Source: Felis catus
Taxonomy: Eukaryota
Direction of reading: 5' to 3'
Length of the DNA: 64,000 bases
NCBI RefSeq assembly: GCF_018350175.1
Contig: NC_058382.1
Coordinates: 59,212,001-59,276,000, forward strand
Position numbers and translations under genes: made by a program. Shown in pieces: positions 37,251 to 49,050 of the stretch. Each line of letters begins with the position of its first letter. The first letter of the stretch is position 1. The notes beneath the pieces are model-generated. The model was given only the letters and a program-made list of their open reading frames with translations, did no database searches and had not been told where the DNA came from.

Positions 37251-37534
37251 TTTTTAAGTTTATTTATTTATTGAGAGAGAGTGAGAGCATGCGTGCGAGC
37301 AAGGGAGGTGCAGAGAGAGGGAGGGAGAGGGAGTGGGGGAGGGGCAGAGAGAGGGAGGGAGAGGGAGTGGGGGAGGGGCAGAGAGAGAGGCAGAGAGAGA
37401 GAATCCCAAGCAGGCTCTGCACTGCCAGCACAGAGCCCGGGGCAGGGCTGGAATTCACGAACCGCGATCTCACGGTTCTACACGAGCCAAGTTCACGAGC
37501 CGGACGCGTGACCGACTGAGCCCCCAGCCGCCCT
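37251..37534 (-). mobile_element. CAN-SINE (SINEC_Fc2-like) with internal rearrangements
   Basis: TTTAAGTTTATTTATTTATTGAGAGAG tail, GAGAGAATCCCAAGCAGGCTCTGCACTGCCAGCACAGAGCCC, ACCGACTGAGCC; approximate TSD GGACCGTCTTCTC / GGAGCGTCATCTC. Confidence 0.92.
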
Positions 37535-38949
37535 GGGAGCGTCATCTCACCTCATCATTTCCGGCTACTCCTCCCCAGGACGAGAGCTGGCTGGGGACAA
37601 AGTCCACCACTCATTCACTCACACACACTGGATAAATACTACCAAAGGCCTCGTCGGGGCTGGACCCTAAGCCACGCCTGCGAGAGGAGGGGACAAGACA
37701 GAACTTGTAGGTGGAGGATGTAGACCGACAATCCAGCAATGACAACACAAGCCATCCAGGCGGGCCGCACCCTGGGTGGGGCACGGTGCTCTTCCAGGCT
37801 CCCCAGGTGAGCCTCGTGTGCAGCCAGATGTCATGCCACCTGGTCCTCCAACATCTCGTTCCCACCGCGTCATTGCCCGAGGGGCTGTGTCCACAGACTC
37901 GAAACAAGGGCTGTTCCCTGCACTGGAATCATAGTCCTGCTCCTTACCCAGATCGCCACACGACATCCCCTCCCTTTTGGTGTCCTTATTAAAACACATT
38001 CCCAGAGCCCGAACCCAGCCTCTGTTCGCGGCACCCAAGGCCACTGAGGCAGCAGATACAGTCCCAGCCATCCTCTCACCATGCTGAATCGGGGTGTGAC
38101 GACGGTGACATCCCCAAGCAGGTCCCACAGAGGGACTCAGAGACTCACTCACTGCACCCGCAAGTACTTACTGAGCACCTACTCCAAATTCCGGGGTGAC
38201 TCGGCCCCAAACAAAAGGGTTGACGTCTTTTGACACAGACCCAGGACAACCGGGGTTCCCAAAGGAAACTGGACCGGACTCTCCGGCCAAATGTCCCCCA
38301 GTCGCGCGCACTTGGCTCGCCCCTCCGCCCAGCCCAAACTGACGGCTCCAACAATCTGCTTCGTGTCAACACCATCCCTCCTCTTCCTGCACAGAAACTT
38401 CCAGCATCGTTTATGACTCCTCTGCCTCAGCCCCGCATTTCCAAGCCAACAGCACCTTCAAACTCTCTCAGTCCCAAGGCAGCTAGCTTTTCAACTCCTA
38501 CAACACACTTCACACCTGCCCTCGAGCACCCTCTCTCTGCAGGCCACCTTTCGCCTCCGTCAGAGAGAGGAGAGCTCACATAAGCACCTCTCCCCTCCAA
38601 CACCCACTTCCTTCCTTCCTTTTTCTCTTTTCCTCTCTCCCCCAAGGCTCTGGCAAGAGTTCGTCTTCTGAAGACTGTGGCCATGCAGACCCTGCCGACC
38701 ACTCAGTGCTGGGCTCATGCTCGGCCCACAGGGACTTCATGTAGAGTAGAGGCGACTGGGTTTGTGCGGGCAATGGTTCCTCCCCATCAACCATAGGTAA
38801 CTTGTAGGATCTGTGTGGGGTTTTCCTGTCTGGCTGCTGTGCACACATCTCCGGGACAGAACTAGGGCCTCGCATCCTTGGGGACTCCTGGTGACTATGG
38901 CGACCAGGCCACAAGTCCTTTTCATCTGGGATCACATTTCACCAAGCAC

Positions 38950-39070
38950 TTTTCCAAGCTTAGTCCTGTTACCCCATCTGACAGATAAAGAGACTGGACC
39001 CCAGAGAGGGAACAGCTTGCCTGAGATCGCCCAGCCGGGAGGTGAGGGGCTGCGGTGGAAACCCCAGTGA
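38950..39070 (-). mobile_element. MIR SINE fragment
   Basis: GTTACCCCATCTGACAGATAAAGAGACTGG..CCAGAGAGGG..CTTGCCTGAGATCGCCCAGC. Confidence 0.65.
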
Positions 39071-39816
39071 GCACATCCCAGCTCCCGTTCTCCCCACCAC
39101 ACCGAATGCTTTGTCTCCTCCTGAGGCCACGGGGACACCTCCAGACTTTGCAGTCTCTGAACACTGGCCGTGTCAACTGGATGAGGGGAAGGCATCTCCC
39201 AGGACTCCAGGTTCACGTGGACGGACTGTCCCAACCCTCTCGCTTTGTCGACTGAGGCCCAGAAAGGCTCGGTGGCTTGTTCTGAGTCCTACGTGGGCGC
39301 CACCAGATCCAGAACCCCTCGAGCCAGCTTTTCTTCCGTTGTTTTCTGTTGGTGTAAATTTCCACACCCTGGGAGGGAGGTGAGGAACAGAAAAGTCCAA
39401 ACTTTATGGCAGAGGAAGAGGGGCAAAGCATTGCAAGGACCCTGGAGGCCGTTCTCACCTCGAACTCACACGAGGGAGGAGGCCAGGCGTCGGGGGGGAC
39501 GGCAATGCCTACTCCATGTCCACAGTGGAGCCCAGACACAGAGCCTGACACATGACTTCCAGCCGCGAGTTCTTTCTCCACCCCTCGGACCCACCTACCC
39601 GTCTCTTTTCTCCTACTGAGAGACCCTGAACTCGGCTCCACATTCCAACATCCACAGCAGACAGGTGTGGGACTTACAGACCCAGAGGGCTGGTGCGGGA
39701 CGACAGGGCACGCGGGGACTGGGGACAGTCCTGCCCACATCCAGCCAGCCATCAACACACGAAACGTCCAGCTATGTGTGGGGAGGTCTTCCAATTTATC
39801 AAGAAAAGAGGGGACA

Positions 39817-40036
39817 GGGACACCCGGGTGGCTCAGTGGTTGGGCGTCCGACCTAAGCTCGGGTCATGATCTCACACTCCGTGAGTTCGAGCCCCGCGTC
39901 GGGCCCTGTGCTGACAGCTCGGAGCCTGGAGCCTGCTTCCGATTCTGTGCCTCCCTCTCTCTGCCCCTCCCCCGCTCATTCTCCCTCTCTCTCCCTCTCT
40001 GCGTCTCAAAAATGAATACACATTAAAAAAATTTAA
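39817..40036 (+). mobile_element. CAN-SINE (SINEC_Fc-type)
   Basis: GGGTGGCTCAGTGG, GGTCATGATCTCAC, GAGTTCGAGCCCCGCGTCGGG, CT tract, A-rich tail. Confidence 0.95.
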
Positions 40037-41109
40037 GGAAAGCAGGAGATCTAGGTTTTCAAATGAAAATACCCCATGTTTAAGTGTCTGAGCAACTTTT
40101 GAAAATTCAAACCCATCAACGGACGGATTGAGCTCAGCCCCAAAACATGAAGATCGCTCGTGCGGGACGTCACTGTGCCCGTGAGCCTGCTCTGCCATGA
40201 CCAGCAAGAGCACAAGTGACAAGCAGCACCAAGTGTTTGAAATCGGGCACGTCTGCCACCCGTTTTTATGTGCGTGGTCGGCGGCGCGATTAGCAGCTGG
40301 ACTTCAAAGCGCGGCGAGGACAGCAGGCGGAGGCCTGCACAGCGTCACCGCCTTTATCCTGTCATTAGTGAGGGTTGGTTTACACAAGCATCAAGTGCTG
40401 ATAAGAGTGCCTGAGGGTCGTCAGCCAGCGTAACTGCCGCACGGAGTAGACAATTTATTGGACGGCCGAGTCCAGCCCATTAGTCATGAACTATTAGAAG
40501 GCTTTTCAGACGTTGTTCTCCAGTCATCTTTTGAACTCCAGTAGACTTGAACTTCACGCAGGTAGTAAGGAGCAGGGCGGAAGGCAGCTGAGGGCCACCT
40601 GGTAGCCAGTGCAACGGTTTCCATCCAGATGTTTGCATGGGATTGTTGAGGCGCAGTGCGCGGGGGCCGGGAGACCCGGGGGACACGCTCCATCCAGCCT
40701 CAGACCAGCTGCGGAAACTCCGGGGCCCCCGGCATCTTCGGGCTTCAGTAATTTCCTCTGAAGGGGTCTCGCGGCTAGGGCAACCAACATCCAGTTTGCC
40801 GGAGCCCTTCCTTGTCCATCACGGAAAGCCCGCGTCCCGGAAGACCTCAGTCCCAGGGCAGCTGAGTCACCGCCCTGCCAGCCCTGAGTCTCACACCCTC
40901 TCCTTGCCCAAGATTGGCCATGAACACAAGATGGTGTGGACGTGTCTGGGGGCCCTACCTAGACCTTGCCTGTCGGAGCCGACCGAGGACGCGAGCGGAA
41001 ATCGGACCCCTCCATATGCCGCCCGGAGATCCTAATTCCCCATGCTCCCACCTCCTCCACACCCCGTCCGCACCGCTGACTTGACGACTTTGTAAGCTTC
41101 CTTCGCTCC

Positions 41110-41485
41110 AACGGTAAAAGCATTAAAATAATCAGGGATATGTGCCAAGATACGCATGCTTTATAAATAAGAAAAATCAGAAGTAGCCTAAATGTCAAAA
41201 GAAGGGATTGAAGGATTTAACGCGTTATCTATCACATGGAATATTTGCCGCCAGTAAAAACCGTATTTCCGCGTGTGAACAACAGAAGGGAATCACCATA
41301 TACCAGTAATTGTAAGCGCAAGGTTGCACAACTCCTTAGAGAACATACCACTGATTTTGTTTAAAAAAAAAAAAATTCCAGAGAAGGCTCAAGGAAATTG
41401 TATCTACGTCTTCAGAGGCTGGTTGCTGGGGATGGGGCCACGGCATCTCATCTTCTGCTTTGTCCTTTGGTGACATTGTCCGATG
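41110..41485 (+). mobile_element. Ancient L1ME4-like 3' fragment
   Basis: TTATAAATAAGAAAAATCAGAAGTAGCCTAAATGTC...ATGGAATATT...AAGCGCAAGGTTGCACAAC. Confidence 0.45.
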
Positions 41486-41489
41486 CAGG

Positions 41490-41665
41490 GTACTGAAGTC
41501 AAGATCTCCGGGTTCAATTCCCAGCCCTGCTTGCTACCAGCTAGTTCTGTCGCCCTGGGCAAGGTTCTGAGCCCATGGGTGCCTCAGTTTCCCCTTCATA
41601 AATGTGGAAGTGAGACTACAGCAACCTCCTAGGCCAGGGGGTTGGGTCTGGTAAGATGCTGTAGC
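41490..41665 (+). mobile_element. MIR SINE
   Basis: GGGTTCAATTCCCAGCCCTGC...CCCTGGGCAAG...GTGCCTCAGTTTCCCC. Confidence 0.75.
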
Positions 41666-42160
41666 AGAACTGAGGCCGTGGGGACTTGGGGGGACACGGC
41701 CGCAGGGACTCACTGCGAGCATAAGCCCGGCATGGCTGTGACCCGGCTCCCCGACCCTGCCCAGGTAAACGTGTATACACGGGGGGTGCGCACACACACA
41801 TATGCTCCCAGGCCGCAGAAGGGCCTTTGCCACCCTCTGTGTCTCTACCTGGACACCCCCTGCTGAGGGAGCAGGTGGGTGAAGGAGCCACAGGTGAGGA
41901 AGTCACTTCTCCGTGAGCCTGGGCGCTCCCGGCTCCCACCACGCACTGGCTGTGGTGTAGGTACCCACCGGGCCTCCGCGGGGCAGCGTTCCTGGACATG
42001 GAGAGGCAGGACTGACCCAAGTGAGACTGAAGTGGGCACCACCACCTTTGAGTTTTACTCTATCAAGTCCTCTGCTGGGTGCCCACGCCCTATGACATCA
42101 CGCCCGCCTTTATTCCAAAGGAGCAAATGAAACAAAACGGCAGGCTTGGTCCAGTTCTGG

Positions 42161-42162
<2 letters not shown>

Positions 42163-42195
<33 letters not shown>
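42163..42195. repeat. (AC)16 microsatellite
   Basis: Perfect dinucleotide run. Confidence 0.97.
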
Positions 42196-42197
<2 letters not shown>

Positions 42198-43996
42198 GTG
42201 GGATTTTCTAAATGACAGCACCTGTTAATTGTCTGGTTAGGTATGACCTATTAAACATTTACCGCCCATTTCCTGTACACGTCTGGCGAGGCCGGCAGGA
42301 AATTTAGAACAAATTAAGCAGCAGCTGCAGTCCCTCATGCTTTAACGGCCACGCCACGATTCTGCGAGGCACTGTAAAATACGAGGGCAGATCTAGGGAC
42401 AGGCGGGTTCCATCAAGAAGGCCTCCGCCTCCCAGTCCTCCTGCCAGCCGGGCCCCGGAAAAGTTAGCTCGGCCAGCACGCATGCCTCCCTCCCTGCCTC
42501 CCCCCACCCCCATCCATCTGAGGGGAGGCTTTCTCATGTCCACACCCCACTTCCCCCTCCCCACCGTTCCCACACGATTGCACATGTGGTCCGAGAGGGG
42601 CACTTCCTGCCGTTATAAAAAGCAAAACCAAGACCCCAGCAAAAACAGGCTGCATGCAGAACACCCAAGTTGACAGTGTGAGAGAGGCTAATCCGCTCCA
42701 TATGACAAACAGCAGTGGCCCAGGGGCAGGCCCAAGCCCGGGGAGAGCTCGCCGCGGCCCGTCCCCCGCCCCCACTCCCTGCTCAAGTGGACCCTTAGAG
42801 AAACTGGAGGAAAACATTCTCAGGAGCACGCCCCTAACTGTAAACTGATTATGTTTGGGTTCAATGGCCTACTATGCATTGTTCCTTCTTCACTTTGAAA
42901 ATAAACTCGAGGAAGCATTAATGCAAATACAATATAAACACGCTCGTTCCTACATTTTCGCGTGTCCCGGGAGTGTTTCGGCTCCCTCCTAAGGCTGTGG
43001 CTTCGCTTGATGTGAGAACCAGATGGATCCTGAACGGGAAGCTTTGCGATTCTCACCATGCAAGTGGACAGCTGGCCAGGTGATCTGACGGAGGAGAGCG
43101 CCCCTCAATGCTGCCTTACTAACTGTTTCCACCTCCCCGGAGCAGTGAACCCTCAGGGGCTGCTCTGCAGGAAAATGCCAAAGACCAGCTCCGTTATCGA
43201 GGGAGCTGCGACTAGAGATTCAGATGTGAGAGCACACGTCCTATGGTAGCCATACTTCAGTCAATATCTTTGTATTTCTGTAGTCGATGTCGGACGCTGA
43301 TCACTGATGCATGAGCTTCGTTCACTCAGTCCTCACCGAGAGCTAGCAAAGAGGACGACCCCCTTCCACAGCTGCTCCCCAAGGAAACCGAGCCTTAACA
43401 TGCTTATCAGTTGCCACATCCAAAATAGAACCCTCCTACTTCCTGTTTCCTACTTCCTGCTTCCTGCTCCCCAGTTGCATAAACCATTCTCCTTGAGAGG
43501 TGCTAAAAATGGAAAGGACAAGATGAAAGAATTAGCCAGAAGATTTATACCGGCCCATAAAATTCTTCTCAGTGCTCCTAGACTAAATGGTCAGCTCTGC
43601 TTTAATTGAACCTTTTACTGAGTGGTTAATCTGAATTTTGTCTATAATTCCATTAAAACCTACTAGGCCAACTGTTTGTGCTTTGGTTGTTCTGGATGAC
43701 TTAACAAATTAGTATAGTAAATTTTGGGTGTCTTAAGTAGTAAATTAGGGCATTTGTTTAATGAGCCAATCCATTGCCCAGAGTTTGACCCCAACCCACT
43801 AGGGTGAGTTCACACGGAGTTCCAAGGCAGAGCCCTCATCTGTCTCTGCTTCTAGAGAAACTGCTCTAAAGTTAGGGCTGAACAATGAATTCCAACCTTA
43901 ACACAGATTTGTTAGTGACAATTAGCAAAGTAAATTCCTTTCTTTCTTTTCCTGCCTATTCTCCTCCTCCACTGTTGTCACTGCTGACATTCCCAC

Positions 43997-44447
43997 AATC
44001 ATCACCATCACCATCATCATCATCACAACCACCATCATCACTGTCATCATCCACCATCATCACCGTCATCGTCACCACCACCATCATCATCATCATCACC
44101 ATCATCATCACCATCATCATCATCATCACAACCACCATCATCACTGTCATCATCCACCATCATCACCGTCATCGTCACCACCACCATCATCATCATCATC
44201 ACCATCATCATCACCATCATCACCATCATCATCATCACCATCATCACCCACCATCATCACCACCACCGTCATCACCACCATCATCATCATCGCCACCACC
44301 ATCATCACCACCACCATCATCATCACCACCATCACCATCATCACCACCACCATCATCATCCACCACCATCACCATCATCACCACCACCATCATCATCCAT
44401 CATCATCACCATCATCATCATCACCACCACCATCACCATCATCACCC
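43997..44447. repeat. Compound (CAT/CAC)n trinucleotide tract, about 450 bp
   Basis: ATC/ACC triplets with an internal 103-bp duplication. Confidence 0.96.
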
Positions 44448-44459
44448 AACCCCAAAAGA

Positions 44460-44580
44460 AACACTTACTGTGTGTCAGCACACAACTGCTTAGCGCTCAA
44501 CTTGAATACCCCAACCAACCCTCACAATGAAGTAGTGTCAGCATTAGCCTTATCTCCCAAATAAAAAAATAAATCTTAAA
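44460..44580 (-). mobile_element. Degenerate MIR SINE
   Basis: ACACTTACTGTGTGTCAGCAC...CCCTCACAATGAAGTAG...ATTAGCCTTATCTCCCAAATA. Confidence 0.45.
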
Positions 44581-44610
44581 AATGCTCATTCAATCATTCA
44601 TACTACTCTC

Positions 44611-44845
44611 CATTCATTCATTAACTCTTTCAACAAATATTTATTAAGCATCTACTAGGTACCAGGCACTGGGGATCTAGACCCTGATTAAACCACAGTT
44701 CTCACACTTCCAAGGGTTTAACCATTCAGTTGAATAGAGTCATGAATATTAATAAATATAATGTAATTCTGTAATGTCATTACCATAATTCAGTAGACCA
44801 AAGGTACACCTGGGGCACAAAGGAATAAGTAACCAACTTTGTCTC
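44611..44845 (-). mobile_element. L2 LINE 3' end
   Basis: CATTCATTCA...TTCAACAAATATTTATTAAGCATCTACTAGGTACCAGGCACTGGGGAT. Confidence 0.85.
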
Positions 44846-46220
44846 TAAAACAGTCCCTGAATTATGTATATGAATTCCAGCCTTTACAATGATATCCATT
44901 CATTAACATAACATCCATCCAGAAGTTCATGTGTGTGAACTTGTTACCTCCTGACAATCAGAAACTCCCTTAGCTGGCTCTTCTGTGTGTATATAGTACG
45001 GAGGGATTGACATTCATAGTCCTGACTCAGAAGAACGACCACATGCCCAACTGCACTGTGAATCAGCCATCACTTCTTTCTGGGAAGAAGGACTGAGACA
45101 GAAAGCCATAGGTTCCAGGAGGGCATGGACAGGGTCCCTTCCCTTCATGGCCTGCAGTGCTAAACACAGGACATGGGACACAGCAGGCTCTCTAGCTGTA
45201 GGTTGACTTGATTAGCTTTGATTTGACTGAGTTTTTGGAATATTAGTGGTCTGTATAGGTTCTACGTGGTGACTCTATTAACCAGGGGGGAGCAACTTCT
45301 TTCCAGCCCAAATGGGGTGACATGAGCTTCATGCAGACTCTCCAGTAGTGACCACCTTTACTCAAGAATCGATCTTACGTTTAGACGTGCTCAGAACATT
45401 AATGCGGCAAGAGCGAGAGAGAAAACGGAAGTCATCTTCTCTTATTATTGCCTTATTGAGTATCTTCTACACTTAACAGCTTTATGTGTCTTGTCTGACT
45501 TGCTCCGCATGTTGAAGGACCATTCCAAGGCTGGCAAGTGATCTGTCCACAACACGCCCTTCTCAGCAGCGATATTTGGTTTTGTTATTTTACAAAGGGC
45601 TCTGAGATATCAAGCTGGGAGGGGTGACTTCTGGGGGACAGTACCTCAGTCCCCTTCTGATGGCCCTTGCTGCACACTCATGTGAAAACTGGTGTGACTG
45701 TCCCAGCGACCGCACCCTGAGTCTACCTGCTCCAACACCCACCCACGCCAGGTGGAAGTTCAATTCTCTGCCCTTTGTCTAAATATGCACTGAGTGGGGG
45801 ATCAAGTGTTTAGGGAAAACCAGAACCCCCGGACACCTGCCTCACGTACTCAGACTATGGATAACAACAACGCTGACGGAACTGTTTGTCTGAGCCTGTC
45901 ATATTTGGTGCAGGTACACAAAACCTCAAATCAGACACACACGCGTATGGGGGAGGACGGAGATTCACGCAAATTCACTTCCACTGACGTGGACGCTGGA
46001 AACGATTCGTGAAAGCAGAGATGCCTTCATGAGCAGGGGTCTCAGAGAGACTCTAAGGCCGTCTAACTTACAATGCCACGTCACCTTCCTGCCACACCCG
46101 TCTCTACCGAAGCAGCCCTTCTGCTGAACTCTGAACCCCCTAGAGTGCGCCAGTCACCGCCCCTGCCCCCGCCCCCTGTGCTGTAGGTCAGTTGGGGGCA
46201 GTGCCGTGCCTTTCCCTCAG

Positions 46221-46806
46221 TTTTAACTGACCCTTTGAACACACGGCAAAGGGCACAACCATTGAGTGTACAGCCTAATGAATCTTTACATCAGGACACC
46301 CTGGTGTAGCCGTCACCCGGCTCAAGATACGGAACATTTCCAGTCCCCCAGAAGGCTCTCTGTGTCTCTTCCGGTCAACGTCTCCCACGGGTCCCCCCTA
46401 CCCTGAGCCCTCACCACAGGTCAGTGCTGCCCACTCTCGAGCTCCGCATGACAGGGATCCCACAGGGTGTGCTCTGCTCTTGGGCTTCTGCTCCCTTCAC
46501 CCATCAATCAGCCTGTGAGACTCATTCACGCTGTGCGTAGCAGAGTTCCGTTCTTTTTTATTGCTGTGAAATACAGTCCGTCATATGAGCACACGTCCCC
46601 TCATTTACCCATTGTATAATTGGCGCCCATTTCGTATTTCGTAGTTTGGTCGTACCGTGAATGAAGCTGCCACACCATTGTCGTCCTTCAGATCTTTGGT
46701 GGATGTACAGATACCTTTCTCTTGGGTGTATATGGCGGGTCACGGGATAGGTGGGTGTTTAGCCTTAGAAGATACAGCCACACTGTTTCCCAAAGTATAT
46801 ACTAAT
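46221..46806 (-). mobile_element. Ancient L1ME-like 3' UTR/ORF2 end
   Basis: AGTGTACAGC..ATGAAT...CAAGATACGGAACATTTCCAG.CCCCCAGAAGGCTC...TGAGACTCATTCA...TTCTTTTTTATTGCTG...TTTCTCTTGGGTGTATA...TTTCCCAAAGT. Confidence 0.8.
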
Positions 46807-48544
46807 CGTGCTATTTATGATCCCGCAGTTCAAGGCCAGTGTCCGTCCTCTTTCTTTTTCACGGCCCTCGATGCCTACTCGTCAACATTTGCCGAGCATC
46901 TCTACCTGCTACCCCTGAAATGAGCAGAGCCTAGCGACTCAAATCAGTGGTCTGGTCATGTGGCTTCCTTCGTGGCTGTGTGATATTTCTTTATCAGATG
47001 CTTCACTTCTCCAAGCGCTTCCTCCGCTAAGTGACGGCGGCAATCGTGTTTTCCACCTCATCCAGCCACTGGCCTTGTTTTGAGGCCAAAATGAGGTGAC
47101 GCGTGTAACGTGCCCGCTCCGCCACGAACGCTGGACACAATCTAGCTAGGATTGCTGTCGTTGACGTAAGACACCGGGAAGGAAGGTGGTGACCGATTTA
47201 GTTGCTCCTCCGTGTGTGGGTGTGGGCGCCTCGTGGATGTCTGCTCTCCTCCAGAATTCCTGGTGGCGGGCTTTGCTGAGATACGTACTGTGGCTAATAG
47301 TTTGTTTTATCCAGCTGTGTGGGGTGAGACATTTGCTCCTCTGGCCCCGGTAGGAGAGTCTGTGAGGACATCACTTCTGAGAGCTCTGGCGTCCTTGCAG
47401 AGCCGGAGAACGGGACCGCGAGGAGATGTCCTACCTCCCAGCGCCACAGGCTTGCCCCTTCTCTGCACTCAAAGGGCTGGCTTGCACGCTGCATAGCGGA
47501 TGCCCTCCTTCTGGCCCTTCTCTTTGCTTTTCGTTTTCAGCAGGGGAAGCCCCCCTCTCCTCTGCTCCTTCCCACCCTCCCTGAGCTGAAACACCGTTCT
47601 CCATGCTGAACTCTGCCCCGATGCAGGGGGAGCCTGGCTTCCTGTGCCACACAGCCTGTCAGGTTTCGATTAGGCCAGGGAAACACCACAGGAAATGAGT
47701 CAAGGAAAGGAAGGCTGTGATTTTTTTTAAATTTCAAATACCAGAACTATTATTATTATTATTTTTGAAATGGCAGCGTCCGAGCAGTGCCAGGTGGAGG
47801 CGGAATGCAAAACGCGTGCCACCCGAAACGTCTGAGCAGCAGCTGGACGCTCCAGTTGTTTCTAATAAAAACCCATTGGAAGTTCTCGGCCGTCCCCTGG
47901 GAAAACGGGGGGGGCATCTGCTCTAGGAGGCGGACGCCAGGACCCCATCCGAGGTCGGGGCAGGAGGTGGTCCAGTTCAGACCGCCGTGGCCAGCCCCTC
48001 CTTGGGCTTCCTCAAACCTCCGTCTGCTGGCCTGGCCACACGGACCTGGCCCCTCCCCTGACCTTGATGACTCCCAGACTCTGGAGGGAGGTCACAACTA
48101 TGTGGTGGGCTAACCTCTGCCAGCCTCAGTTTCCTCTTTTGCAGAAAGCATGGTTAGAACTGAAAATCCAAGTTATCTAAACGCTTCCGGCTTCAAACGG
48201 CATCACAAATGCCTGTAAGTGGAGGGGCTGTGAATGCAGCTGATATGTGGCTGTGCGGTCAGGGTCCCACCGGAGAAACAGAATCATCAGGAGAGATGGT
48301 AAGAGATGAATTTCTTGGCTTAGCGATGGCGGGGCCGGCCGGCCGGGGGGGTGGGCAGGATCTGCAGGTGCCCGGCTGCGGCCTCCTCCAGGGCAGCCTC
48401 TGCTGTTCTCTGGGCTTCCGGCTGAATGAACCAGGGCCACACAGATCATCTAGAACCGTCTCCTTACTGAGAGTCACCTGCTCCCGGGCTGCAGTCCCGT
48501 CTGCAGGACACGTTCCCCGCAGCACACAGACGGTCGTTTGATCG

Positions 48545-48636
48545 CAGAGCTGGGCTCGGTGGCCTCGTCAAGCTGACACATCGTGGCAGCCGAGGCGGGT
48601 TCGAGCCTGGCAGTCTGGCCCCAGAGTCCGCACTCT
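48545..48636 (-). mobile_element. MIR SINE fragment
   Basis: GTGGCAGCCGAGGCGGGTTCGAGCCTGGCAGTCTGGCCCCAGAGTCCGCACTCT. Confidence 0.6.
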
Positions 48637-48669
48637 GGTAGTTTTATTGTTATTATCATTATTATTGTT

Positions 48670-49000
48670 ATTATAAAATCAATACACTTACCTTTTCAGA
48701 CCAGCTGTAGGTTTACAGAAAATTTGAGCAAGGAAGTTCAGAGTCCCCACCTGTCCCTCTCTGTCCCTTATGCACAGACTCCCTATTATTAACATCTTCT
48801 GCTACATTTAATTACAGTCGATGAACCCACATTGATACATTTTTGTCACTCGAGGTCATAGTTTACTTCAGGGTTCACTCTTGGTGGTGGGCATTTTATG
48901 GGTTTGACAAATGTATAATGACACGTATCTACTGTCTTAGTGTCGGGCCCGATAGTTTCACTGCTCTAAACATCCTCTGTGCTCTGCCTGTTCACCCCAT

Positions 49001-49050
<50 letters not shown>

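Noticed and set aside
43885..44493. Poly-His/Ile/Ser ORF of 202 aa
   Set aside because: Translation of a (CAT)n tract whose triplet phase shifts repeatedly; not coding.
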